This document shows, piece after piece, positions 62,433 through 64,000 of a stretch of DNA of 64,000 nt. A model generated the notes under the pieces. That model did not search any database. It was given only the letters and a program-made list of their open reading frames with translations, and was not told where the DNA came from. Position 1 is the stretch's first letter. Every line of letters starts with the position of its first letter. The translations under genes and the position numbers were made by a program. Source of the stretch: Mobula hypostoma (Eukaryota); assembly GCF_963921235.1 (NCBI RefSeq), contig NC_086097.1:147004001-147068000 (forward strand), written 5' to 3'.

Positions 62433-63402
62433 ATGGCACCCAACGGCGACTCCTTTGCTGGCAAATGATACCACAAACTCCTAGTTTGTTATGATTCATT
62501 ACCTCAGTAACCATGAGACCATTTTGGGTATGGAGAGAAGGCAGGTATAGGGTTCTGAGTTGGATGATCAGCCATAATCGTACTGAATGGCGGTGCAGGC
62601 TCGAAGGGCCGAATGGCCTACTCCTGCACCTATTTTCTATGTTTCTATCTTCGAAAATAGTTCTATTTCCATCTGTAATATCTCTATTTTTCCCTTTAAG
62701 AGTTCTCTTGAAGACCCTGACCTGGAGTTACACGTTGACTACGGTTCTTTGCGGGAATGGGACCCGCTCTCAGGCTTCCACAAATGGCCGCTATACGGCT
62801 TGGCCTAAGATTTCGGCACAGATTCAGAAGCCTGGGATCTCGAGGAACTGGAGACGGTGAGATCAAAGGTCGGTGTCGCCACAGGAGTCCTGTGTTTCGT
62901 TGGGGGAGTTGGAACGTCTGCTGTGCACCTGGGGACCCGGGATCTTTACGATCTTCAGGCACAGAGCTTGAAAAAAGCAATGCAACGGACTTTTAACATC
63001 ATAAACCAGCGAGTTGTTTGTTATGCTCCCAACTCGTTGGAAAATGGGGTTATCTCTTTCTCCCTTATTAGGAGAGAGAGAGCCTGCAGCATGTCAAATT
63101 ACCAGGTGAACAACGTAGTCTTTGGGGTAACTGCAAGTCTGTGTCTTTGCTATTGCTTTGCTCACACTTGAGTACTGGTAGTGGGTGCGCATTATTTTTG
63201 CCGCTGGGGGAGGGGGATTGTTGCTCGCTGCCGTTTACGCATGGGAGGGAGGGAACTTGGTGGGGGGCATTGGAGTTCTAACATTTAACTGTCATTCATT
63301 CTTGGGGCACTCCTCTGTTTTTCGTGGATGGTTGCGAAGAAAAAGCATTTCAGGATGTATATTGTATACATTTCTCAGACATTAAATGAACCTTTGAACC
63401 TT
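62433..63402 (+). mobile_element. Unclassified non-coding retroelement-like repeat interrupted by a short CR1 tail (62527-62648)
   Basis: It has a CpG-rich body ending in cattaaatgaacctttgaacctt (short tandem tail). A CR1 3' end identical in type to 41985-42105 is inserted near its 5' end. Confidence 0.5.
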
Positions 63403-64000
63403 AAATGCCAAATCCATGCTGAAATCACATATTCAATTGCCATTATGAAGCAACTAAAAACATTGTTATAATTTTATGATATAACTAATTTGCTTCTATC
63501 CACACTTCAACTCATTTACTATCTCCTTTTGCCTCAAAATAGCCTCATGGTTACTGAGGTAATGAGTCATAATAAACAAGGAGTTTGTGGATAGCTTAGA
63601 TGTAGAATTAATGAATTGACTGAAATTCAATCCGTTTATACATACAGAGAGAATATTTATCATGAACAACGTAAACAGAGTCCTGGGGAAATCAGCAAGT
63701 TAGGTACCATTGTTTGATTAGATGCATTTGCACAGAATGGTGATAGAGGCTCAAATATAAGTAAAATTTATTTACTACAGTGCAAGAGTCTGCTGTTAAA
63801 ATTAATTTAAACAATAAAATCTTTATCATTCTGGAGGCCTCAGCAATTTCTGTTTTAGTATTCATAAATTTTAGCCCATCCTTAATTGTATCTTGCATTA
63901 TGTGGCTGAATGAGAGTAAAAAGACAACAGTCATTCATTTATAGATCAGGTTAAAACATAGGATTTCCTTCCCTAGAGAATCAAATACATTTTCATAACA

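Overview
This is vertebrate genomic DNA, very probably from a cartilaginous fish (ray/shark-type CR1, DeuSINE and Penelope families; this is inferred from repeat content only). The only host gene I can support is the 5' end of corticotropin-releasing hormone receptor 2 (crhr2) on the minus strand. Coding exon 1 is 32131-32008 and exon 2 is 31882-31763, both inside a CpG-retaining promoter region and both missed by the ORF track. No exon 3 was found in the ~31.7 kb of window downstream, so 1-31762 is probably intron 2. The rest is largely decayed transposable elements: many CR1 LINEs (one near full length), Rex/Babar and RTE fragments, Penelope-like remnants with minimal hammerhead-ribozyme motifs, tRNA-derived/Deu/V SINEs, a mariner MITE, a Tc1-like MITE, a hAT-Tip100-like element and a probable solo LTR. 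There is also a nested stack: a hAT-Charlie element containing a chromodomain Gypsy with both LTRs, which itself contains a young CR1. I see no convincing new biological system. The most unusual observations are three CR1 insertions that each carry 47-120 bp copied from about 1 kb away at their 5' junction, a Tf1/sushi-type self-priming signature in the Gypsy element, and fold-back Penelope termini with hammerhead cores. All family calls are by motif recognition, not database search.
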